Shown in pieces: positions 32,906-41,276 of a DNA stretch of 64,000 nucleotides (within the stretch, counting starts at the first letter, position 1; each line of letters starts with the position of its first letter). The stretch comes from Candidatus Latescibacterota bacterium (GTDB taxonomy: Bacteria; Latescibacterota; UBA2968). Position numbers and translations under genes: made by a program. The stretch covers positions 3,744,001 through 3,808,000 of the forward strand of contig OZ242010.1 in NCBI GenBank assembly GCA_965204745.1, given 5' to 3'. The notes under the pieces were generated by a model. The model did not search any database. It saw only the letters and a program-made list of their open reading frames with translations, and was not told where the DNA came from.

Positions 32906-33272
32906 GAAACTCGCTCGTTTTATTTTTTCCAAAAGCCATTTCTCCATTGTGAACAAGACAGTCAAATTTAAGGCATTCATTCCTCCTTCAAATAGTGTAG
33001 AACTGTCTGTGTATCGCATCTCAACGCTCTCTGACAGCGAGGTGTGGGCAATTGGGCGAAAATACGTCGAAACAGGGGACAGAAGCCTAAAAGCAAGGGC
33101 GGATTTCTCGGCAGATCGAGTTTATGAAAACAATCTCGAAGTCATTCCAGCCACGCAACCCCACGAGCGACATGCCAACATCACGCCGTTTCCAGCCGAT
33201 AGGAGAACGCGGGATCGCATCGCGAGAAAACTCGCTCTTTCCAGTAAATTGGTAATCATGCCGACAACGTAA
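32868..33272 (+). CDS. Hypothetical protein, possibly an ART/RES-like toxin
   Basis: LARF..KAF.P..LSV..HANI spacing. Start may be 32886. Confidence 0.55.
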   Translation: MKKRLDMNVPPDEKLARFIFSKSHFSIVNKTVKFKAFIPPSNSVELSVYRISTLSDSEVWAIGRKYVETGDRSLKARADFSADRVYENNLEVIPATQPHERHANITPFPADRRTRDRIARKLALSSKLVIMPTT

Positions 33273-33281
33273 GGAGCATCC

Positions 33282-33662
33282 ATGCAGAGGGAGACCGAAA
33301 TGATGGAGCACGCGACCCGACAGGGCAGATTAGACGCGCTGTGCATCCGCGCGGACGAGGGCACGCTGACAAAACAAGAGCGAACCGAATTAGACGCCCT
33401 CTTTGCGGAACGCGAGGCCGAGGAAGCGGCGGTCTTAAAACCCACGCGAGAAAAGGCGAAAGTGGCATGCGTGCTCGAACTTCTCCGGCGAGGGGACATC
33501 AGTGCTGGCAGAGCCGCAAAACGCCTTCACATTTCCCGTTGGGAACTCACGAGATTGATGGCCGAAGCAGGCATCTCCCCCTTTGACGACAGCCTCACCA
33601 CAACAACCCTCGCGGCTGAAGTCAATCGCGCGTTGCGGGCTTTCGATGAACCCACATCATGA
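33282..33662 (+). CDS. UPF0175-type antitoxin with a duplicated N-terminal module
   Basis: LLRRGDISAGRAAKRLHISRWELTRLMAEAGI. Confidence 0.72.
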   Translation: MQRETEMMEHATRQGRLDALCIRADEGTLTKQERTELDALFAEREAEEAAVLKPTREKAKVACVLELLRRGDISAGRAAKRLHISRWELTRLMAEAGISPFDDSLTTTTLAAEVNRALRAFDEPTS

Positions 33663-33695
33663 AAATTGTCGCAAACAGCACGCCGCCAAAATTTT
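33659..33695 (+). pseudogene. Stub of a PIN-domain (DUF3368-like) toxin gene; second stub at 34625
   Basis: ATG overlapping the UPF0175 stop reads MKIVANSTP, the typical PIN N-terminus, then loses similarity. Confidence 0.5.
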
Positions 33696-33807
33696 GTCGC
33701 ATCTCGAGCATCTGAACAGCGCGGATGGGACAAACCAAAGGAGCATCCATGCAGAGGGATTATTCCGAAGTCAAAGGGCACTTGCGGAGCCAAGAAAGGA
33801 GAACGAA

Positions 33808-34203
33808 ATGATGGAGCACGCGACCCGACAGGGCAGATTAGACGCGCTGTGCATCCGTGCGGCCGAGGGCACGCTGACAAAACAAGAGCGAACCGAATTA
33901 GACGCCCTCTTTGCGGAACGCGATGTAGCTACCCATGAGGAGCACCTGTTATTGGCGGAGATCGAGGCGAACTCGCGCTTGCCCGATCAAAAACAACATC
34001 GCTATTGGTTGTTGCGGCGCAAGTGTGAGGATGAGACGCTGACCGATGCGGAATTGCAAGAGTTGCAATCGTTGAACCATGAGTGGGAAGCGCGAAATGT
34101 AAAGCGCGTCGAAGCCCTCTGCGCCTTAGCCGAACATCGCGGAACGACCCTGCGCGGCGTGATGGCAGAACTCGGCCTCAAAGGATCGCACCGTGACTTC
34201 TGA
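33808..34203 (+). CDS. Putative antitoxin paired with the HNH nuclease
   Basis: First ~38 aa shared with the gene at 33282. TLTDAELQELQSL..RVEALCALAEHRG helical motif. Confidence 0.7.
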   Translation: MMEHATRQGRLDALCIRAAEGTLTKQERTELDALFAERDVATHEEHLLLAEIEANSRLPDQKQHRYWLLRRKCEDETLTDAELQELQSLNHEWEARNVKRVEALCALAEHRGTTLRGVMAELGLKGSHRDF

Positions 34204-34615
34204 CCGCTTGCGGCGTCAGGTGCGCGAGCGTGCAAATGGACTTTGTGAATACTGCCTTTGCCCCGATCATTTGACAAGTGCCCCTTTCCACTGCGAACAT
34301 ATTCAACCTCGCAACGCTGGCGGTGAAACGGCATTGGATAATCTGGCGTGGTCGTGTCCATCTTGCAATGGCAATAAATACACACAAACCCACGCAATCG
34401 ATCCGAAAACCGGACGCCGCGTGCCACTGTTTCACCCGCGCCGCCAACAGTGGAAACGGCATTTCCAATGGCGTGCGGATTTTATGTACATCGTCGGACG
34501 AACGCAAACCGGACGTGCCACAGTCAGAGCCTTAAAAATGAATCGCACGACCTTGATAAATTTGAGGCGGATTCTCCACAGGGTAGGAGCGCATCCGCCA
34601 AAAATAACGAGGTGA
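34193..34615 (+). CDS. HNH endonuclease
   Basis: CEYC, CEHIQP, NLAWSCPSCN, LFHPR..W.RHF and GRATV motifs. Confidence 0.9.
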   Translation: MTSDRLRRQVRERANGLCEYCLCPDHLTSAPFHCEHIQPRNAGGETALDNLAWSCPSCNGNKYTQTHAIDPKTGRRVPLFHPRRQQWKRHFQWRADFMYIVGRTQTGRATVRALKMNRTTLINLRRILHRVGAHPPKITR

Positions 34616-34737
34616 CCTCGCACCATGAAAATTGTCGCAAACAGCACGCCGCCAAAATTTTTGGGATTGAGTATTTGATCGGAGATCGCATCTCGAACAT
34701 CTGAACAGCGCGAATGGGACAAATCAAAGGAGCATCC

Positions 34738-36525
34738 ATGCAGAGGGATTATTCCGAAGTCAAAGGACACTTGCGGAGTCAGGAGTGGTTCGACAACCCG
34801 CACAACATGGGCATGACCGCGGTGTATGTGGAACGCTACATGAACTACGGCTGGACGCGCGAAGAGCTCCAATCGGGCAAACCCGTCATCGGCATCGCGC
34901 AAACAGGCGGGGACCTCACGCCTTGTAATCGCATCCACGTCGAATTGGCGGACCGGGTCAAAGCCGGGATTCGGGACAACGGGGGCATCCCCTTTGAATT
35001 TCCGGTTCATCCCATTGCCGAGCAGGGCAAACGGCCCACGGCCGCGCTCGACCGCAACCTCGCGTACTTGGGCTTGGTCGAAATCCTACACGGCTATCCC
35101 ATTGACGGCGTGGTGCTCACCACCGGGTGCGATAAAACCACGCCTGCGTGCATCATGGCCGCCTGCACCCTCAACCTGCCCGCAATCGTGCTTTCGGGCG
35201 GCCCCATGCTCGATGGGCACTTTCAAGGGCGTCTGGCCGGATCGGGCACGGTCGTGTGGGAGGCGCGCGAACGCTATGCGGCCGGTGAAATTGACTACGA
35301 CGGGTTTATGGACCTCGTCACGTCCTCCTCGCCCAGCTTGGGCCATTGCAACACGATGGGCACGGCCCTGTCCATGAACGCCTTGGCCGAAGCACTCGGC
35401 TTGTCCCTGACGGGTTGTGCGGCCATTCCCGCGCCCTATCGCGCCCGCAAGCAGATGGCGTATCGCACGGGCCTCCGCATCGTGGACATGGTCAAAGAAG
35501 ACCTCACCCCGGCCAAAATTTTGACGCCCAACGCCTTTCAAAACGCCATTGTGGTCAACTCTGCACTCGGGGGATCGACCAATGCGCCGGTTCACATCAC
35601 CGCGATTGCGCGGCACATCGGGCACGCGCTTCCGGCAAAAGACTGGCAAATCCATGGTCACCACATCCCTTTGCTCGTCAACTGCCAACCCGCGGGCGCC
35701 TACTTGGGCGAGGCGTTTTACCGCGCAGGCGGCGTGCCCGCGGTCATGGCCGAACTCGTCAAGGCAGACAAACTCCACACAAACTGCATGAGCGTCACGG
35801 GCAAAACCATGGGCGAAAACCTCAAAGGCATCGCCATTGAAGACGACCGCGTCATCAAGCCCTACGACCGGCCCCTCAAAGAAAACGCGGGCTTTATCGT
35901 ACTCGGCGGCAACCTCTTTGACGCGGGCTTGCTCAAAACCTCGGTGATCGGCGACGACTTTCGCAAAAGGTACCTCCAGCACGAAGGCGATGAAAACGCC
36001 TGGGAGGGCACGGCCGTGGTCTTTGACGGCCCGGAGGATTATCACCACCGCATCAATGACCCCGCGTTGCCCATTGACGAAAATGCCATGTTGTTCGTGC
36101 GCTATTGCGGGCCTGTGGGCTATCCCGGCTCTGCCGAAGTCGTCAACATGCTCCCGCCTGACCGGCTCGTGCAGGCCGGCATTTCCGAATTGCCCTGCAT
36201 TGGCGACGGGCGTCAAAGCGGCACGTCTGCCAGCCCGTCCATCCTCAATGCGTCGCCCGAAGCCACTGTCGGCGGGGGCCTCGCGTTTCTCAAAACCGGC
36301 GACCGCGTGCGGATCGACCTCAACACCTGCACGGCCGACGTGCTCATCGGCGACGGAGAACTCGCCCGCCGCAAACGAGATTGGAAACGACCCGCCCTGA
36401 CCCACCAAACGCCCTGGCAGGAACTCTACCGCCAAACCGCGGGTCAACTCGCGGACGGCGCGTGCCTTGAGCTGGCCGTCAAATACCAAAACGTCCGCGA
36501 CAACACCCCCCGGCACTCGCACTAA
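34738..36525 (+). CDS. xylD: IlvD/Edd family sugar-acid dehydratase, D-xylonate dehydratase-like
   Basis: LRSQEWFDNP..ERYMNYG, PCN, CDKT, GHCNTMGTA and DGRQSGTS motifs; resembles Caulobacter XylD. Confidence 0.8.
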   Translation: MQRDYSEVKGHLRSQEWFDNPHNMGMTAVYVERYMNYGWTREELQSGKPVIGIAQTGGDLTPCNRIHVELADRVKAGIRDNGGIPFEFPVHPIAEQGKRPTAALDRNLAYLGLVEILHGYPIDGVVLTTGCDKTTPACIMAACTLNLPAIVLSGGPMLDGHFQGRLAGSGTVVWEARERYAAGEIDYDGFMDLVTSSSPSLGHCNTMGTALSMNALAEALGLSLTGCAAIPAPYRARKQMAYRTGLRIVDMVKEDLTPAKILTPNAFQNAIVVNSALGGSTNAPVHITAIARHIGHALPAKDWQIHGHHIPLLVNCQPAGAYLGEAFYRAGGVPAVMAELVKADKLHTNCMSVTGKTMGENLKGIAIEDDRVIKPYDRPLKENAGFIVLGGNLFDAGLLKTSVIGDDFRKRYLQHEGDENAWEGTAVVFDGPEDYHHRINDPALPIDENAMLFVRYCGPVGYPGSAEVVNMLPPDRLVQAGISELPCIGDGRQSGTSASPSILNASPEATVGGGLAFLKTGDRVRIDLNTCTADVLIGDGELARRKRDWKRPALTHQTPWQELYRQTAGQLADGACLELAVKYQNVRDNTPRHSH

Positions 36526-38032
36526 AAAAGCGCGAATTGACCAACGCGCTAATTTCAGCATCTGCCCGCGATCCAGACAGGGTTTTGTGCTGCATCTTTG
36601 CGAGTGCCAGCAAATCCAGCCGCTTGAGGATCTGCGCGGTGATCGGGCGTTTGGCATCCCAAAAAATGAACGCCCGCAAAAACTCGCGCGCGGCTTTTGA
36701 ATTGAGCAGATCGGCACACAAAACCGCCTCATCCTGGTTTTTGCAGGGCAAAAAATAACACGTATCGTCAACCATTGCGGGTTTGCCATCCAAAGGCGGG
36801 ACGATTGAAAACTGGATCCGCTTGTACAATCCGGAAATCGCCACCTTCCACGCGGCAAAGGAATAATCCCCGACGCCAAAAATGGAAAACCGCGGTTTCT
36901 TTTTGTACACAGAGCTTTTTCTTTGGTCTAACCTGTCCGCGTGTTTGGTCAAATACGACCACGTCTTGGGCGCGCGCTCCCGAATAATGCGGGTGTCATC
37001 GCCGACGCCTTTTTGCGTGATCAGGACCCAACGCTCGGGCCTGTTCGTCAACCCCTTTGCCACAGCCGAACTCTTGTACAGCGGGAACACAAACTCGTCC
37101 TCGATATCGACCATCTCGCCCAAGCCATTGACCAACGCGCCATCTCTGCGGATAAATTCCATGATTTTCACGCAATCGTGTTTGACGCCCGACCGCCATG
37201 CAACGGGCACCTGCCCATCGAGTTGCGACCACTTTTCGTACTTTTTGAGATCGGCCAAAATTTCCGCATTTTGCATCCCAATCGCAGAGAGTTTGCGCGC
37301 AGTCGAAACGCCGCTGAAAACATCGCACGCCTTGGCCCTAGCGGGCAGGCCCGTCTGACACACCAGCAAGCACGCGGGTGCAGAAACATCGAAATGCGCC
37401 TTGGCATCCACGGCGTATAACCGGGTATCCGAGATGCAAAAATCCCGCGTCCAAATATGTTTCAACACTTTTCTCGCAACCGTCGTCTTGCACAGCATCG
37501 CCAAGACAGCGCGCCTGTGTTGCAGTTTGTCCAGCAGGTGAATGAGCATCCATTCCGATATGTCGAAGTTGGATTTTCCGGTGATGGCGTCAAATCCCCT
37601 GTGGCCTTGAAAATTATTTTTGCTGGGCAAATTCGATCCCCGAATGCGCCCCAAACCCGAATTGGTCACCCACGGCGGATTGCCGAGCACGAGAATGGGT
37701 TCGGGCAGATGGGTCAAAATAGTCTCCCAGTCGAGTTGAAAAAAATCCGCATGCCTCAGTTCCACCCGCTCGCGTTCCGCCTGTCCCAACTTTTGTTCGA
37801 GAACCCGCAGATATGCCCGATTGATCTCGATGCCCAAAAATTTTCGCGCATGCTCAAAAGCGGTCATCGCACGCAAGAGAAACCCCCCTGTCCCACACGT
37901 CGGTTCAACGACACTCTCGGGACGCACGCCCTCGGCAACCAGAAAATGGCATATCTCGTCCGCAAGTTCACTCGGCGTCTGAAAATCGCCAAACTCCACG
38001 ACCCGTCTATTTTTTCGATTCTTTGCAGTCAT
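36479..38032 (-). CDS. Amino (N4/N6) DNA methyltransferase, M.NspV-like, orphan
   Basis: FGDFQTP, EPTCGTG, GNPPWVTNS, GKSNFDISEW and SGVKHDC motifs. Confidence 0.82.
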   Translation of the reverse strand: MTAKNRKNRRVVEFGDFQTPSELADEICHFLVAEGVRPESVVEPTCGTGGFLLRAMTAFEHARKFLGIEINRAYLRVLEQKLGQAERERVELRHADFFQLDWETILTHLPEPILVLGNPPWVTNSGLGRIRGSNLPSKNNFQGHRGFDAITGKSNFDISEWMLIHLLDKLQHRRAVLAMLCKTTVARKVLKHIWTRDFCISDTRLYAVDAKAHFDVSAPACLLVCQTGLPARAKACDVFSGVSTARKLSAIGMQNAEILADLKKYEKWSQLDGQVPVAWRSGVKHDCVKIMEFIRRDGALVNGLGEMVDIEDEFVFPLYKSSAVAKGLTNRPERWVLITQKGVGDDTRIIRERAPKTWSYLTKHADRLDQRKSSVYKKKPRFSIFGVGDYSFAAWKVAISGLYKRIQFSIVPPLDGKPAMVDDTCYFLPCKNQDEAVLCADLLNSKAAREFLRAFIFWDAKRPITAQILKRLDLLALAKMQHKTLSGSRADAEISALVNSRFFSASAGGCCRGRFGI

Positions 38033-38148
38033 AAAATCTCCAATATCCCCGTAGAGTGTGAACTAGAGGGTCGCAATCCAGTGCTGAGCCTGTGCCGCTT
38101 TCTTTTGTGTCTTCTGTGTTTTTTGTGGCAATTTCATTTTTTTACTCC

Positions 38149-38829
38149 ATGATACTCCCGACTTCCGAAGAATATACCGTCCTCATCCTCTCGCTCGAGG
38201 TGGGCGTGTTGTGCGTGGTGATCAGCTTGCCGTTTGCGGTCTTGTTGGGGTGGGTGTTGGCGCGCAAGAATTTTCGCGGCAAGCTCCTCCTCGACGGCTT
38301 GTGTCATCTGCCGCTCGTGTTGCCGCCCGTCGTGGTGGGCTATTTGCTCCTCTTGGTATTGGGGCGGCGCGGGTTTTTGGGCCAACTATTGAACGACTGG
38401 TTTGGCGTGCAAATCGCCTTTACGTGGCGCGGCGCGGTCCTCGCGGCGGCCGTGGTGGGGTTTCCGCTCATGTTGCGGGCCGTGCGCTTGGCGATTGAAA
38501 GCGTCGATCCCCGGCTTGAACGCGCAGCGCGCACCCTCGGCGCCAATCCGTTTCGCGCCTTTGTGTCCATCACCCTGCGCTTGGCCGCGCCGGGCGTGCT
38601 CGTGGGATGCCTCTTGGCATTTGCCCGCAGCTTGGGCGAATTTGGCGCCACCATCACCTTTGTCTCCAACATCGCCGGCGAAACCCGCACCCTCCCGCTC
38701 GCCATTTTCACGTACATCAACCAGCCCGATGGCGAAGCCGCAGCGACGCGCTTGGTCGTCCTCTCCATCATCCTCTCCCTAGGCGCGCTCATCGGTAGCG
38801 AGGCCATCGCAAAAAAAATGAAACCGTAA
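38149..38829 (+). CDS. modB: Molybdate ABC transporter permease
   Basis: LPLVLPPVVVG, EAA loop, FARSLGEFGAT. Confidence 0.93.
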   Translation: MILPTSEEYTVLILSLEVGVLCVVISLPFAVLLGWVLARKNFRGKLLLDGLCHLPLVLPPVVVGYLLLLVLGRRGFLGQLLNDWFGVQIAFTWRGAVLAAAVVGFPLMLRAVRLAIESVDPRLERAARTLGANPFRAFVSITLRLAAPGVLVGCLLAFARSLGEFGATITFVSNIAGETRTLPLAIFTYINQPDGEAAATRLVVLSIILSLGALIGSEAIAKKMKP

Positions 38830-38832
38830 GCC

Positions 38833-39585
38833 ATGCTCACCTTGCGCGTACACAAACAACTCGCTGAATTTGTCCTCGAAGTCGATGTGACGTGCGCTTG
38901 TCCGGTCACGGCGATATTCGGGCCATCGGGCGCGGGCAAGACCGCGATCCTCAATCTCGTCAGCGGCTTGATGCGCCCAGACAGCGGCGAAATCGCCTTG
39001 GATGGCGTCCCCATCTTCCACGCGGAAAAGGGTGTTGACCTGCCCCCGGAACAGCGGCGAATCGGCCATGTGTTTCAAGACGACCTGCTCTTTCCCCACT
39101 TGAGCGCGCGCCAAAACCTCGCGTATGGCTACCAATTTCTCGCCCCATCAGAACGCAAATTTCACCCCGATGCCATCGCGGACCTGCTCGAATTAACCGC
39201 CTTGCTCGACCGGAAGCCCGCGAGCCTTTCGGGCGGTGAACGCCAGCGAGTCGCGCTCGGGCGCGCCATCCTGACCTCGCCCAAGTTGCTCCTTTTGGAC
39301 GAACCCTTGGCCGCGCTCGACCGGGAACTCAAAGATCGCATCATGCCCTATTTGCGCCACATTCGCACGGACTTGGGCATCCCCATGCTCTACGTGAGCC
39401 ACGCGGTCGGGGAAATCCTGCAACTCACCGAGCGAGTCATCGTACTCAACCGCGGGCGAGTGCTCGCGCACGGCGCCTTCTCTTCTGTCGCGCACCAACC
39501 CCAAATCCTCCCCTTGCTCAAAGCACACGGGTTTGAGGGGAATGGCCGAAAAAATTTCCCTCAAAGTGCATCCAAAGACGGGTAA
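38833..39585 (+). CDS. modC: Molybdate ABC transporter ATP-binding protein (short, no TOBE domain)
   Basis: GPSGAGKT, LSGGERQR, LLLDEP and YVSH motifs. Confidence 0.88.
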   Translation: MLTLRVHKQLAEFVLEVDVTCACPVTAIFGPSGAGKTAILNLVSGLMRPDSGEIALDGVPIFHAEKGVDLPPEQRRIGHVFQDDLLFPHLSARQNLAYGYQFLAPSERKFHPDAIADLLELTALLDRKPASLSGGERQRVALGRAILTSPKLLLLDEPLAALDRELKDRIMPYLRHIRTDLGIPMLYVSHAVGEILQLTERVIVLNRGRVLAHGAFSSVAHQPQILPLLKAHGFEGNGRKNFPQSASKDG

Positions 39586-39617
39586 CAATGAAAGGAAAAA
39601 AATCCCAAATTCTCCCT

Positions 39618-39646
39618 TGACGAATTGGGCTTCTCTGGGTATCTTT
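39618..39646 (+). promoter_or_regulatory. sigma70 promoter TTGACG-17-TATCTT
   Basis: Upstream of the structured leader. Confidence 0.55.
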
Positions 39647-39871
39647 TCGCGGTCACAACCCATCACCCTCAAACAGGGAATCCATCGTGTATATTTTCAA
39701 TCCCACACCATTGGGCTGAGTGTCCTGGTACGACATTCGCGGTAACACGAGAACTTTGCTTTCAATCTCGCCATCGTTGCTCTCCCTCACGTCCCCCCAG
39801 GATCGCTCACAACGCACGCGCTTTGTCGCGCTTGGGGAGGATGTATGGCTTGTTGAACGCATCAAAGAACA

Positions 39872-39941
39872 GGGCCATCCCTCGCCGGATGGCCTTTTTT
39901 GAGGCCACAGCGCGACCAAAACGCGGTGGCCCTTTTTTTTT
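39872..39941 (+). terminator. Two tandem intrinsic terminators
   Basis: ggccatcc..ggatggcc + T run, then ggccac.gcg..cgcggtggcc + T run. Confidence 0.75.
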
Positions 39942-40170
39942 GAGGCGCGATGATGATTTGACGAACGAGTTGCACCCTCGAACTGGTATCACGCCAACCA
40001 GAAAGGAGGTTCGACATGACGCCAGTGAAAACAAAAAGGCCCTCGCGCGAGTCTTTGGCCGGACGTCGCGAGGACCTCTGAGCACACCGATCAGTTAAGT
40101 GCGGTGTTCGCACAATTTAGGACAAATTTTCCATAACTGCAAATGGAATATAAACTTGTGGAGACAGCCC

Positions 40171-40362
40171 ATGCAAACGTGGAAGGATGTGTTCCGCAGA
40201 AAAGAGGAATGGCAAAATCTGAAAAACATCGGATTTTGCATCTCGATCATCGTCGCGCTCGTCACGGGTTCGTACGCCCTGTCGTCGCTGCGCGACATCT
40301 TTCAAGTCTCGCGCGAGGCGCCCGCAGAGTGGGAAGTGACGCTCGACCTCGTCGAAGACTGA
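40171..40362 (+). CDS. Small single-TM protein upstream of the ECF sigma factor
   Basis: GGAG ribosome-binding site; hydrophobic IGFCISIIVALVTGSYAL. Confidence 0.55.
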   Translation: MQTWKDVFRRKEEWQNLKNIGFCISIIVALVTGSYALSSLRDIFQVSREAPAEWEVTLDLVED

Positions 40363-40394
40363 ATCGACAACCATTTACCAAAAGGGTACAAATC

Positions 40395-41018
40395 ATGCAG
40401 TATGCAGAAGAGAGGGACTTGGTGCGCCGCACCTTGAACGGCGATGCCCGCGCTTTCAACAGGCTCTACAAACGCCATCACCCCCGGATTTTGGCAACCC
40501 TGATCGGGCGAACCCAAAACCGACACGATGCCGAAGACCTGATGCAAGTGACCTTCTTGCGCGCCTATCGCGGTTTGGCCGGGTTTCGCGGGGACGCCGC
40601 ATTTTCGACTTGGCTGATGCAAATTGCCCTGAATGTGTGTACCACGCACCTGCGCGCCAAACAAGCCCGCAGGTCATGGCAAAAGACCATCGAAGACCCG
40701 TTGCTGGGGTATCGAGACACATGGGAGCCTGCTGACGCAGAGCGGCCCGACGACGCGCTGTCTCGAAAGGAATGCCGCGAGATGCTCGAAGAACGCATCG
40801 CAGAATTGCCACAGCAATACCGCCACGCCGTGCGGTTGCACTATGTGCAAGATCGATCTTACGCAGAAATCGCCCGAGAGCTCGGCGTGCCCATGGGCAC
40901 ATTGAAAACCTGGTTGCACCGGGCGCGCCACCAGTTGCAAGCCTCGCTCAACGAGACCGAACTCGCTACGATTTGTTTCGCGCCTGTGGGACGGTCGGGC
41001 CTGACCCCTGACCACTAA
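40395..41018 (+). CDS. ECF RNA polymerase sigma factor
   Basis: DAEDLMQVTFLRAY, FSTWL and SYAEIARELGVPMGTLKTWLHRAR motifs. Confidence 0.92.
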   Translation: MQYAEERDLVRRTLNGDARAFNRLYKRHHPRILATLIGRTQNRHDAEDLMQVTFLRAYRGLAGFRGDAAFSTWLMQIALNVCTTHLRAKQARRSWQKTIEDPLLGYRDTWEPADAERPDDALSRKECREMLEERIAELPQQYRHAVRLHYVQDRSYAEIARELGVPMGTLKTWLHRARHQLQASLNETELATICFAPVGRSGLTPDH

Positions 41019-41022
41019 CCCA

Positions 41023-41055
41023 GAGCCGCCGGTACTTAGCTATCGGCGGCTTTTT
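41023..41055 (+). terminator. Intrinsic terminator
   Basis: gagccgccg..cggcggc followed by a T run. Confidence 0.7.
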
Positions 41056-41276
41056 GTGTTCATTAGATTGAGAGGCGATATGTTTTTCGCGTTCAAACCC
41101 GCAGCCGCCCGCCGCGATCCGGTCAACGCATTGCGTTGCGAATGAGCACGAGAATTTTCCCTGTTGACAGAACCGGGGAAACCGCGATATTAGCGGCCCG
41201 CAATCAACCCCATCGCCCCACCACTCGGGGCCGGGTGGCGGGGCGGACTGACAACTGACAACCGACAACTGACAAC

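Noticed and set aside
31139-34620. tRNA-integrated genomic island
   Set aside because: The accessory genes lie at the tRNA 5' side; no integrase and no duplicated tRNA 3' end were seen.
33271-34781. Integron cassette array
   Set aside because: No intI and no attC-like RYYYAAC..GTTRRRY palindromes; the junctions are direct duplications of host sequence.
35086-36879. Long antisense ORFs (also 9898-11052, 7020-8267, 44626-45774, 54634-55737, 57589-59079, 59454-60602)
   Set aside because: Shadows of well-supported genes on the opposite strand in GC-rich DNA, with no motifs of their own.
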